Shown one piece after another: positions 39,711 to 51,052 of a stretch of DNA of 64,000 nt. The stretch covers positions 62,001-126,000 of the forward strand of contig MU053994.1 in the NCBI GenBank assembly GCA_013239625.1. The letters run 5' to 3'. The translations under genes and the position numbers were made by a program. The stretch's first letter is position 1; each line of letters starts with the position of its first letter. Under the pieces are notes generated by a model, which saw only the letters and a list, made by a program, of their open reading frames with translations, was not told where the DNA came from and made no database searches. This DNA is from Lama guanicoe. Its lineage: Eukaryota.

Positions 39711-41009
39711 GATGTATAGGCATGAACAAACCAGTAGCTTCTTAGAATCTTAATTTCCTTGTCTTCAAGATGGCACTGGGCTCTTTTCTCTGGATTGGTG
39801 TGAAGATTAAACAGAAACCAGGTACCATAGGTGGCGCTTAGCAAAAGTTAGCCCTCCACCCCTACAACTAAATTCTGATTGTTTACTAAATGAGTTCCTC
39901 CCAGAAGTCCAGTATGGTGTGTGATTCAGTGTTGGCTTTCCCTGACGTTGATGAGTCGGTGAGAAGTTGCCGACGGGAAGGCTCCCTGAGGGAGGAGGCA
40001 AAACCATTTCCTCACTAAGCAAGCTTCCGTTGAACACCTGACATCATTATTGCAAGGTCATTGTCATGCTTTCGTGCTTCAAACTGGAAATTTTTTTTAA
40101 TCTTTTTTGGCCAGTGACCCTTAATTCACTCTGACAAGATCATACAAACACTGGGATTTCAGGGTTGATTTTTTGGCTGTTTCATAGGCTCCCTCTGCTG
40201 GAGTGAAACCTCATGTTTTTTCTTCAAGACATGAAGATCCTTTCCCTTTAATGGAAAGCAAATCTAACAAACAATTGGCTGTATTGCTAGACAGATTTTT
40301 CACATAGTGTGTCTGCTGCCACGGCCTAAATTTACCTGCCATCATTCTGTAGTACCAACCGGCACTTCTTGCCTTTTCAAAATGGAGCCTTACAAAAGAG
40401 ACTGGTTTTAAAGAATTTGCCAGAAACGTGAATTGTTAGTAATAAGCAGGTCTTGTTTCCTGTGAGTAATGCCCTTGGTCGTTCAGTTCTAACCTTCTCG
40501 GTTTTAGAACCTCTAGGGGTATTATGGAAGGCCTATTTAGAGGTACCTGCTTAAAAGGAAATTAGCCTGAGTCACCAGATTTGTTCAGTAATGGAGGTAG
40601 GCTGTAGAAAAAGTGAGGATTGGCAAAGCCAACCCTTCCCCTGCCAGGGGGAGCTGCCCTTTCGCAGGACACACATGTTTTCAGGGCCATCAAAACACGA
40701 TTTTGTGTGAATTGATGTTTTATAAAGCCACTATCCACTGCTTCATGTTTATGGAGTTTCACTTGATTTCTGGCTGGGCAGTGGGCCAAATCCGTCATCT
40801 TCTCTTTTTTCACCTCTCCATCTTTCTGGAGTCGTTTTTTTGATTTCCATGACTCAGTAGAGTGTTCAGTGAATTCTGAATTGATAGACCCAAAGAAGCT
40901 TCTGTGTGATGGTACAGGGTAGGGGGAACCTCATAGTAGTGTCGACTCCAATGTACGTGTGGTAGCGCTGGCCCCTCCATTTCTGCCGCCTCTGAAAACA
41001 GGGTTTGCC

Positions 41010-41182
41010 TCCAGCTTCGAAACGCAAAGGATGGGCTGAACCAGCACCACTGGCCTCCCCTATAGACTTGTTAGAAATGCGAAATTTCAGAACTCACTCC
41101 AGACCTATTGAATCTGATGCTGCACATTCATAAGATCTCCCGGGAATTCGTATGCCTGTTCAAATGTGAGAAGTGTTGGTCT
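41010..41182. mobile_element. MER5-family hAT MITE
   Basis: cttgttagaaatgcgaaatttcag...ccagacctattgaatctga...taagatctcccggg...gtgagaagtgttgg. Confidence 0.7.
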
Positions 41183-41709
41183 CCAGCAGGAGTAAATCAC
41201 GCAGTCATGCCAAGCCTGAGGCACATGACAGGGTGCTGCCACCTAGGCATCTGACATCGCCCGGGGGCACCTGACTCCTGCCCTCCACTGAGGTCTGTGA
41301 CTCACACCCATGGACCCAGGGCCAGCTCCACCTATTAGCTTTCTAGTGACAGGCGGTGGGTGAGCCCATAACTCCTGCCCTGCAATCAGTGTTTATGATC
41401 CTTGTTGACTGGTGCTTGCTGGCTTTGACCTCGTGGACTGTAATCTCCTGGACCTCCCTGTCTACCCTCCGCCAACTTAGCTGACTCAGCTGACTCCCAC
41501 GATATGTCTATCAGCTGGTCTTTGGCCCAGACTTGTAAGTTCTTTCCAGCTGGGATGTAGGCAGGCCTAAGTGATGACACACCTTACTGCTGAGATAGTA
41601 TTAAAAGAGCCTGTGGGTCTTCAGCAGCTGAAGCCTTAAGTTAGTTGTAAAGTTAAAAATCTCAGACAATAGAAAATCAACTTGAAGTAGCTTAATTTTA
41701 AAAGGGGAG

Positions 41710-42350
41710 AGGGTGGGCACCAATATGAATCAAATATCATGACATCACTTCCGGGATCTCTCTGCCCCAGATGCATAAATTGAATCTGATCATGAGGAAC
41801 ACTGTCCACATCCAAATGGAGGGGCATCCTATAAAATAAACTGCCCGTACTCTTCCAAAATGTCAAAGTCAAGAAAGACGAAGAAAGGCTGAGAGTCTCT
41901 TCCAGATTGATGAAGTCTAAAGGCCAAGATAACTAAATGCAATGTGTGATTCTGGATTGGATCTTGTAGCAGAAAAAATATATATATATATACATCTTTA
42001 AGGGGCATAATTGGGATTATTAGAATATTTTTAAATATGGACTGTGGATTACATAATATTGTATCAATGTTAAATTTCCTGAGTTTGATCATTACACTGT
42101 AGTTAGATAAGGTAGTTAGGCAAGAGAATGTCCTTGTTTATAAGAAATATGCACTGAAGTATTTTGGCATAAAGGGCGTCATGTCTGCAACTCACTCTAA
42201 AATTCCCCGTCCAAAAATAAACAATGATAAAGCAAATGTGGCAGAATGTTAACAAAAGATGACTATAGGTAAATGGTATATGGGGAATTTTGTACCATTC
42301 TTACAATCTTTTGGAATTCTATACTAAACATTTACAAAAATAAAATTTAA
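41710..42350 (+). mobile_element. L1MC-type 3' end
   Basis: ataactaaatgcaatgtgtgattctggattggatc...gtatcaatgttaaatttcctgagtttgat...gtcatgtctgcaactcactct. Confidence 0.85.
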
Positions 42351-42666
42351 AGGGGGGTTTTAATTAACAGAATACTGGGGGACTTCACAGAATTAATTGA
42401 AGAGATGTAAGACTCAGGGTAGCATGGGGATGTTGGGAACTCTAAGTGAAGACTTGATGCCATCAGAGCAAACTCTGACCCTGGTAAACTTCTTTAACGA
42501 AGTAATAGAAACCTGGAAATGTAGAGCAAGAAAGGGCTTTTAGGGTCCTTGAATATCTCCATTTCTTGGATGAAAAAACTGAGATCCAGACAGCAGAAGT
42601 GACTTGCCCAGGGAATCACAGATAATTAATACAATTTCCAACTGTAGACGTTTAGAACTCCTTTTA

Positions 42667-42830
42667 AGGGTATAGTTTAATTGGTAGAGAGCATGCTTAG
42701 CATGCAGGAGATCCTGGGTTCAATCCCCAGAACTTCCCCTAAAAAAATAAATAAACCTAATTACCTCCCCCCCTGCCAAAATAAAATAATTAAATAATAC
42801 AATAATAAATAAATAAAATATTTTTTTAAA
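42667..42830 (+). mobile_element. Camelid tRNA-Ala-derived SINE, long form
   Basis: gggtatagtttaattggtagagagcatgcttagcatgc...aaataaacctaattacctccccc; TSD aactcctttt at 42656-42665 and 42831-42840. Confidence 0.9.
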
Positions 42831-43837
42831 AACTCCTTTTCATATTGGTTTATAAGTGGATCCTCAAAGTTTTTTTCCCTACACTTTTAAGTTAGGATAT
42901 AAGTTGAAGTAAGAAAAAGATTAACATAAATGAATATGCAGTAACATGAATATATATTCTACAGACACCTAAATAAGATCTCCCCATGATTAACATGTTT
43001 CTCCCCCAATGTTGTCATTAAACATATATATGATAGAATATTTAAACATCAAAAGCAATGTAATTGTCTTTGAACCCAATTTTATTTATATGTGAAAGTC
43101 AGCTAAAAGATTTGAGTTTCTTCATTTACCATGTACCAGGTACCTTCTGTCCTTTTCCATGGCATTACTCTCACCTCATAGAATACATCATCTCTCGGTT
43201 GAAAGGTAACACTAATCTACACTTGATTCTTGGAAATGTCCCTTGTGATTTGGAGAGACTGTGATTGCAGACTGTTTAGAAAGCATAATATCAGGCATGT
43301 ATGGAGGCTTAGAAGCCATCTAGTCCCACCCGTTCCTTTGAAAGGTGAGGCTGCCTGCCGTTGATTGGTCATTCTCCCCTCAACTGCACCAGTTTCACAC
43401 TAAGAAATGGATTTAAAATGGAATAGTATCTATTAGCGTATATTGAAATAATTATCTTTGTGATCACTTCTGAAATAACAGTGTAACTTGAGAAAGTGGA
43501 GCTCTTTTAATCACACTTCCTAGATTCCGGTATTGTCTCCTGGTATAGAAAAGGCATTTGTGCGGTGCTTAGACAGTTAGACTGGGAGCCGATAAACCTG
43601 CCTTGACCAATTACCTCCATGACAGCTTTTGAAATAGAATGCAGATCCTAGCCGAACGATCCTAGGTGGTAGAGGACCAAATTGAATATATAGTAGCTTA
43701 GTGTGTGGTGAGAAGCAATGAATTAAAAAAAAAAGAATTAAGTGTACTTTCCTTACCTGCATTCAGACATGATTGTGAATGGCTAACATAGACTTTTCAG
43801 AGAACGTGGATTCCTGTAGTTCAATATGATGCCAGGC

Positions 43838-44300
43838 ACTGTCTGTTGCCTACCAGATAGCCATTTCCCACATGGTCCTTACCAACAGTAGCCTAATGTT
43901 GTTTGGCATAGCAATGTTCTCAGATAATTACTTGATTTTCCAACCTCTCTGTCAGGGTGGCTATGTCAAAGAGTACCAGCTAATGACATGTCAGTGGAAG
44001 TCTGCTCGGGAGTTCAGGGAAACCTTTTGTTTTCCTGATGAAAGAGAATGGATATGACTGGTGCTGCCTCTCCTCACTTCTCCCGGCCTTGAATATAAAC
44101 ATGGCGTCTGGGGTTACAGCCACCATTTTGTGCCCGTGGGCCAACACCAGGGAAGGAAGAGAGAATTGTGACATCCTGGCTCTGACTTCACAAACTACTA
44201 AACAATATTAGCAGTCGGCCACTTCTTGACTTTTTGTTATGTGAGAAAAATACCCTTTTATTTGATTAAGCTACTGGAAGTCAGATTTTCTACTAGTTTA
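43838..44300 (+). mobile_element. ERVL LTR16/LTR33-like solo LTR
   Basis: ccagctaatgacatgtcagtggaagtctgc...cagccaccattttgtgcc...gttatgtgagaaaaatacc. Confidence 0.65.
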
Positions 44301-45105
44301 TAAGTGTAGTAGACTCTTTAAGGGAAGTCTGCCTTGCTCAAAATAACCAAAGTCCTTTGTGAAACACCGTCCTCCTCTCTCTCTGGGTGGATTTTTGTCC
44401 CCATATTGATGTAGTTGGGGTGAATGGACCTGACTGAGGCTGAGCCAGTCAGATTCTGTCTCGGGAATTTGAAATGAGGTTTCAATGGTTCTAGCTGATC
44501 CTGAAATGTGACTTAAACTGAGGGACATTATAAAACTTGGAAGCTGGTGTGTGTTATGGTGTGATGGAGGTCACCTTCAGCCATAAAGAAGTAGAGAAAA
44601 TGGGTCTGTAAAAGGTGAGAAAGAGAGGCAGAGACCAGTGTCACCGAGAGAGAACACTGTCTGTGGTCTGGCAGCTTTCTGGGTTCAAGTGTGTGTCCCT
44701 TCTCAGGCCTGGCTGCCCTCAGATTCCAGAAGCTGGTCTAGCTTCTTTCCAGAGAGCCAGGCAGCCCTGTGTGATTGGCAGAGTTGTGCCCTGCACAAGG
44801 ATACCTGGCCCAAAGGGCAGGGGACAAGCCTCGGTGTTTTGGTCACTAAGCCTTGGCCTGGGGCTACATCAGCCCAGAGGCAATGTGCTACTTGCCACAA
44901 TTCATCTGCCCAGAAGGGAGCCCAACATTTTTTTTCTAATTTCATTTAAGACTTAGGAAGGCTCTTCTTCAGGATACCTAACAAAGTTGCTGTCCTACAA
45001 CTGAAGGGCCTTGATATTCAGACAAAATATATGAACAAACAGCCAAGCCATTTGTTCTACCATTTGATAAATAAGCTATTCAATACCTTGCTTTATTTGG
45101 CTTTT

Positions 45106-45257
45106 TTGTTTGTTTGTTTGATTTTTGTTTGTTTTGGTGGGAAGGGGAGGTAATTAGGTTTATTTATTTTATTTATTTGTTAATTGGAGGCACTGGGGAT
45201 TGAACCCAGGAACTCATGCATGCTAAGTACACACTACCACTGAGCTATACCTTCCTC
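45106..45257 (-). mobile_element. Camelid tRNA-Ala-derived SINE, long form
   Basis: ggggaggtaattaggtttatttattt...ggaggcactggggattgaacccagg...cactgagctatacc. Confidence 0.9.
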
Positions 45258-45267
45258 TTTGTTTTGC

Positions 45268-45910
45268 TTTTAAAATTGAAGTATAGTTTACATATAGCAA
45301 AATGTACAAATCTGAAGTGCGTAGTTCGGTGATTTCACTGTGTGACTCATATGTTTGCTTCCGGGATTGAGAAAAGGAACATTGCCATCATCCCAGAAAG
45401 TGCGTTTATCCCAGTTAGTACCACTTGCCACCCACACACAAAGGATACAGGAGGTAACCACTCTTCTGATCTCTATCACTATAGTTTCATCTGGTCTGTT
45501 TTTTTGCGTGTGTGTGGGGGAGGGAGGTATTTAGGTTTTACTTATTTATTTAGTTTTTAGAGGAAGCACTGGGGATTGAACCCAGGACCTCATGCATGCT
45601 AAGCATGCACTCTATCACTTGAGCTATACCCTCTCCCCTGATTTTGCCTGTTCTTGAACTTCATATAAATGGCATCATATAGCAAGTACTCTTTTGTGTC
45701 TGGCTCCTTTAGCTCGACATGTTCATGATCCATCCATGTTGTATGTAGCAGTAATTTGTTCTTTTTATTGTTGAGTAGTATTCCACTGTGACTATTCCAA
45801 ATTTATTCATTCATTCTCCTGTTGATGGACATTGGGTGTTTCCAGGTCTTATGAATAAAGCTTATGAATAAACTCTTAGCAATAAAGCTGCTGTGGACAT
45901 TCTTGTACCA
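45268..45910 (-). mobile_element. Old L1M 3' end interrupted by a SINE
   Basis: aaaattgaagtatagtttacatatagcaaaatgtacaaatc...gcctgttcttgaacttcatataaatggcatcata...ctcctgttgatggacatt. Confidence 0.85.
45499..45638 (-). mobile_element. Camelid tRNA-Ala-derived SINE nested in L1M
   Basis: cactggggattgaacccaggacctcatgcatgctaagcatgcactctatcacttgagctataccctctcccc. Confidence 0.9.
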
Positions 45911-48539
45911 GTGGGCCTAGGCACCTCTTTCCCCTGGACACTGATGTACTGTAATAGAAGCGTCTTCCACAGGAAACCTGTCTATCTCACATGCATTTAT
46001 CACCTGGATAAATTTTGTCTGGAGTTGTTCCTTCATTGTATAATTGGGAGACCTTATTTTGTAAGTGCTTCTTCTTAACATAAATATATAATTATATATT
46101 TAATGTATCTATCTCCCCCCCTTTCCATATTAAACATGGGGCTACTCTCTCAGTATTATGGGGATGCATGCTTTTGAAAAATTGGTAAACGGTCAGTAGT
46201 AATTTATGCTACAACTAATGAAGTATATTTACAGAGACGGTACCTGGTATTAAGCTTGTAATTAAGAGTCTGGGTCTGGTATGTGATCTGGAATAAAAAC
46301 AGCAGAGCTTATGTGAACCACATAAGATTAAGCTGAGTTCCTTGTTCCGACCACCTGTGCTATTTGCAATACTAACTAGTGCTGGATTTGCAATGCAAAG
46401 CCCTATAAGGCAATGTCTGTGTCCCAGCATCATGAGTGGAGCTTTTGAAAAAAGATGAGCGTCCAGTCCTACCCCTTCTAAAATCTTGGTCTAGAGTGGG
46501 GCCTCTGTTTTTAAACCTATCCATGTAATTACCTGCTATAGCAACTGGCCAGCTGGCCATTACTTTCCTGTCTCCATCCTTACGATTCTGGTGATTACCC
46601 TCACTTGAACATTGAAGCCTGCGAATGAATTTCATCTCCTATTAAATTTTCCCCAGACAACATGAGATGAGGCACACAATTTACTTAATATTGATTTCTT
46701 TATGAAGACAGCCCCATTAAAATAATAAATTACAGAGAGTGGCTGAATAAGACATACTTGGGGTAATAAAATATGGAGCACAGTATGAATGTATTCAGAG
46801 TAGAACGTAATCTCCACAATAGCAGGGATTTTTCTCTCTTTTGTTGACTGATGTTCTCCTAGTGAGCCGTAGTAGGGCTAGATAAATATTTAGAGTAAAG
46901 CTTATATAAGACAAGGACCTTAGTAACGTACAAGGTTATAAGTCCTGCTTTGCTCAGTACTGGTTATACATCCCGGTGGCTCTTCCCAGCCTTTGTCAGG
47001 ACCAGGATGAAGCCTCCCCAGCTGTGTTCACTCCACAGCAACCACTTGAAACTTGTGGAAGCTGAAATCTGCAGAAGAGGCTTTGGGGAGCTTCTCATCC
47101 TTAACAGAGTAAAGGTGTCGATTTACTTTTCTCTCCCCTTCAGCCACAGAGCCAGCTCCTCCTGAGATTGTCTCTTCCTCCTCTTCCTCCCCCCAGGCCT
47201 AAAATGAAAATTGAAACCAACTACAGTGATGTGTTTGTTCATCATGGCTGCCCGGTCCCTAATCGGGGGCAGGCGGGTAGTGGGTGGCAGCGCCCTTCAG
47301 CACAGCTGCATGCCCAGGTCACCCCACATCTTTCTTGATGTATTGTTTATATAGAAAGGGCTTCTTTCAGAATTTTATAATCTAGCTCTCTTGAAGATCC
47401 CTGGCTAGAACTGTTTCTGAAAAGAAACCAGAAAACAAGAATCCAGAATCATTTTTCCTTCTAAGAACCTGAAAGCACAGCATCAACATAACGAAACTAA
47501 CTTTGGACGTAACCACACAGAGGATTCCCTACAATCCCTCAGTGAATACAAGGGGAGGAAAGAAAGTTAGATACGTATTTATAAACCATCATGAACCAGA
47601 AAGGTCCTGGGAAGTTATTTGGTCAGCTACCTCATCTTACAGATGAAGACTGGGAAGGCAGAGAGGTTAAATCACTTGCTCAGGGCCATAGAATGACAAG
47701 AAATTCCAAATTTCCCAACCATGGTCACCCAATCCACCTCCCTACTCCCGCCCCAATAGCATTAGGTTTTCTTTTGCATGCAGAGAAGGTACTATTCATG
47801 GCCTTAGCATCCCTTAGCCCCAAGGAACACATTTATTAAAATATTTTTAAGGTGTTGGGAAAAAAAGAAGAAAAAAAGATCTAAGCAGTTTTAAAGAATC
47901 TTTGCCTTCTCTCTCCCGTTTCTGACCTGCAGGGCATCCATCACTCCCACAGGCCCATGTCAAAAGACATGGCAAAGAAGCCCTTTCAGCTTATTCTGTC
48001 GAAAATATCGAGGTGGAAGAGTTATTGAGCCTTAAAATGTCACAAATTGTTCAGATATTGTTCTTTTAGGACCATTTTTTTGTGACTAGCTCTCTCAAGC
48101 GACAGGGTAGGTAGTACATAATACAGTCACTTAGGTTGAGGTGACAGCAGTTTCCAGTAAAGACGATAATTGCTTCACAGCCCTTGTTGCCAAGGCTCCC
48201 ACGAGTCTCCTCTCTGTCTTCCCAAATCGACTTTGAGGATTTGAGGATCTACTGTCCTGGTGGCAGATTGGAGAATGTCCCTTGTCCCTGACCTGGAGCA
48301 GGATAAATGGAAGGAGTAGGGAGGTCACCCAGGGCAATGGTGGCAAGGTGACTGTATGTTTGCCAGGCTTTGTCTCTGGGCTCTAGGATAGCACTTAACA
48401 AGAAAAATCAATCACAACCTTGTGAGTACAGCCAGAACTGAAAACTGCATTTGAATTTGTCCACTCAGGCAGTCAGCCTCACTTTAAAGAGCTCCGGAGC
48501 TAGAGGTTTCCGTGGAAACAGAAGAATATGTGGGCAAGT

Positions 48540-49130
48540 ATTTCTTTGCAGGGAAATGAATGCTAGCAATGCTACTAAGTTGGCACTTCATGGCTGCAAA
48601 GTTGATATGAGTTTGTAAGGAAGTAGTTTTTCTCTCATAACAAGAGTCTAGACATAGATGGTCCTGGTTGTGGCACAGATGCCCAGTGATATCCACAAAC
48701 CCCAGATCTTTCTTTCTCCCCTATCTTTCTTTGAATGTTGGCCTTCCGATTGCCTCAGGATGCAAAATAGCTGCTATAGCTCCAGGCCTTACATAAACAT
48801 TCAAGGCACCAAAAAGAGGAAAGCCAGGTAACGGCCAAGTCTGCCCATTTTATTTCTGTTTATCATGACATCAAAAGCTTTCCAAGAAGCTCTCGCCTCA
48901 GCATATTTCTCCATTGATTAAAATGAGGTCACATAGCCAATTCTAGCTTCAAGGAAGGCTGAGAACTGAATATCTGGCAAGGGACAATAGGTTTGACATG
49001 ATTGGCTGGGGCTAATTCTATTTATCACCTAGAGCTAAACATATTGTCAGCTTAATAAAATTGAGATCCAGATAGCAAGGAATAAGGGGAGAATGCATGT
49101 TGACTGGCTAACTAATAGTGTAAGCCATAA
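48540..49130. mobile_element. Old MaLR (MLT1K/L-like) LTR
   Basis: ataacaagagtctagacatag...caaaatagctgctatagctccaggc...ggtcacatagccaattctagcttcaaggaaggctgagaa. Confidence 0.6.
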
Positions 49131-50344
49131 GTATGAAATCAGAATTGACCTTTCCAAATAAGAAAGGCATTTACTCTATACCTAATTATACACAACTACT
49201 CATCTCTGTATTCCTGTAATCTCTAGCAGAGTGTCATGCACCCAGCAAGCACTTGAAAAATGTCTGTTGAACCATGGTTTGAGAATACTGCAATGACATA
49301 CTCATTCAACAGTGGCATAGAGGAGGGTCTGATGTGAAATGGTCAATAATGCAGCCATTAATGTAGTCATTCACTATGGAGGCACCGGGAGACGAAGACT
49401 GCAGATAGTCAGGTAACCAATGCCAAGAGGCTAAAACAACTTCTAGTTCCCTAAGCCTTCTACTGGGACAGAAGTACACAAAAGAATATTCCTCTTGATA
49501 AAATAAAATGCCTTGAATAGAGGACAAGTTAAACATGCACTATAATCTCATTGCAAAGGACTTTTTGCCTAGCCTGTAAGAAATGAAACAACTGAAACAT
49601 ACCATCCCATCCGCATCCCAGAATTAGTGCCCAAATAAGTGTACACAGATTTGTAAATGTTTGTCATAAAGTGTTGAATCACAAAATGACAAAATACCCT
49701 TGCTGAAAGGCACATTAAAGACCACCTCAGTTTTAACTCCTTGTTTTTTTTCAGGTGAGGAAACTGAGGGCCCAAGACTGGTCTAAAGTTACCTGGTTAG
49801 TGACAAAGACTTGTCTAGAAGCCAGATAAACTTGAGAAGTATTTTTGAAAGAGCAAAGCAATGTGGCTTGGGGATAGTGGGACCATGAGAGGCTCAAAGT
49901 GTGATGATGAGAAAGGAAAAGTAAATACACAGACGTGAAGAGCCATACATTACTAGCTGATGAATTACAAGTTACCGCAACTTAGGAACAGAAGCTGACA
50001 CAAGCTGGTCCTTGGGTGGAGGATAGGGGCGGAAGGTGAACAACAGCAGGGTTATTTTATGAGAGAGATTCTGAGCACAGACCTCCAAGGCCTGTGGTGC
50101 TGAATGGTGGGGTTGAGTCGCTACTGGACTTTGAGATGTCTGTTTTAACCATAGCTTACACGCATTGTGCTTGTGCTTTGGGGCAGGAATTGTGCTGTCT
50201 TATATGGAATCCTCATAGCAATCCAGGGAGGGAGGGAGGTCTTATTATTGTGATATTTTGCAAATGAGTAAACTGGGGCTTGGGAAGTATAAGTAACTTG
50301 CCTAAATCCACACTGCTAAGAAGGGGTGAAGCTAAGTTGACCGC

Positions 50345-50500
50345 AGTCTGAAATCACCTGGAGAGTTTTCATAAATACTGATGCCCGGGTCCCATTTCCA
50401 GTGAGGCTGATGTAATTGATTTGGGGTGTGGTCAGGGCATCGGGATTTTTAAAAACTTCCCCAAGTGATTGCATTGTGCAGCCAAATATTGGGAACTGCT
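50345..50500. mobile_element. MER5B-like hAT MITE
   Basis: aatcacctggagagttttcataaatactgatgccc...cagggcatcgggatttttaaaaacttccccaagtgatt...gtgcagccaa. Confidence 0.8.
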
Positions 50501-50507
50501 TTTTAAA

Positions 50508-50942
50508 ATTTATTTATTTATTTATTTATTGAAGTACAGTTGATTTACAATGTTGGGTTACTTTCTGGTGTACAGTATAGTGATTCAGTTATACATATAT
50601 ATATTCTTTTTCATTATAGGTTATTACAAGATATTGAATATAGTTCCCTGTGTAGGGCCTTGCTGTTTATTTTATATGTAATAATGTGTATCTGTTGGTC
50701 CCAAACTCCTAATTTATCCCTACCCCCCTTTCTCCTTTGGTAACCATAAGTTTGTTTTCGATGTCTGCGAGTCTCTTTCTGTTTTGTAAATAAGTTCATT
50801 TGTCTCATTTTTTTTAGATTCTACATATAAGTGATATCATATGATATTTGTCTTCGTCTGACTTACTTCACTTAGTATGATAATCTCTAGGTCCATCCAT
50901 GTTGCTGCCAATGGTGTTATTTCATTCCTTTTTATGGCTGAG
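50508..50942 (-). mobile_element. 5'-truncated lineage L1 3' end (part of a chimeric insertion)
   Basis: tttattgaagtacagttgatttacaatg...gtccatccatgttgctgccaatgg...tttatggctgag, colinear with the L1 at 21500-22138. Confidence 0.92.
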
Positions 50943-51052
50943 CAGGACGCCGCCATAGTAACCTCCTTCTCCTCCAGCTCACGGGGCACGGCCCCACCGT
51001 AAAAGCCCCGCTGGTAACCCGTGCCCCGTTGTTCTCATGAAGGGAAGAGCAA
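50943..51052 (-). other. 110-bp CpG-rich non-L1 segment inside the TSDs of the adjacent L1
   Basis: Lies between the L1 truncation point and the second TSD (gaactgctttttaaa 50493-50507, gaactactttttaaa 51053-51067); 8 CpGs; 11-bp inverted repeat. Confidence 0.75.

Noticed and set aside
45847..45890. Short tandem duplication cttatgaataaa (similar case at 11526-11571)
   Set aside because: Ordinary slippage duplications inside old repeats; not a CRISPR-like or regular array.
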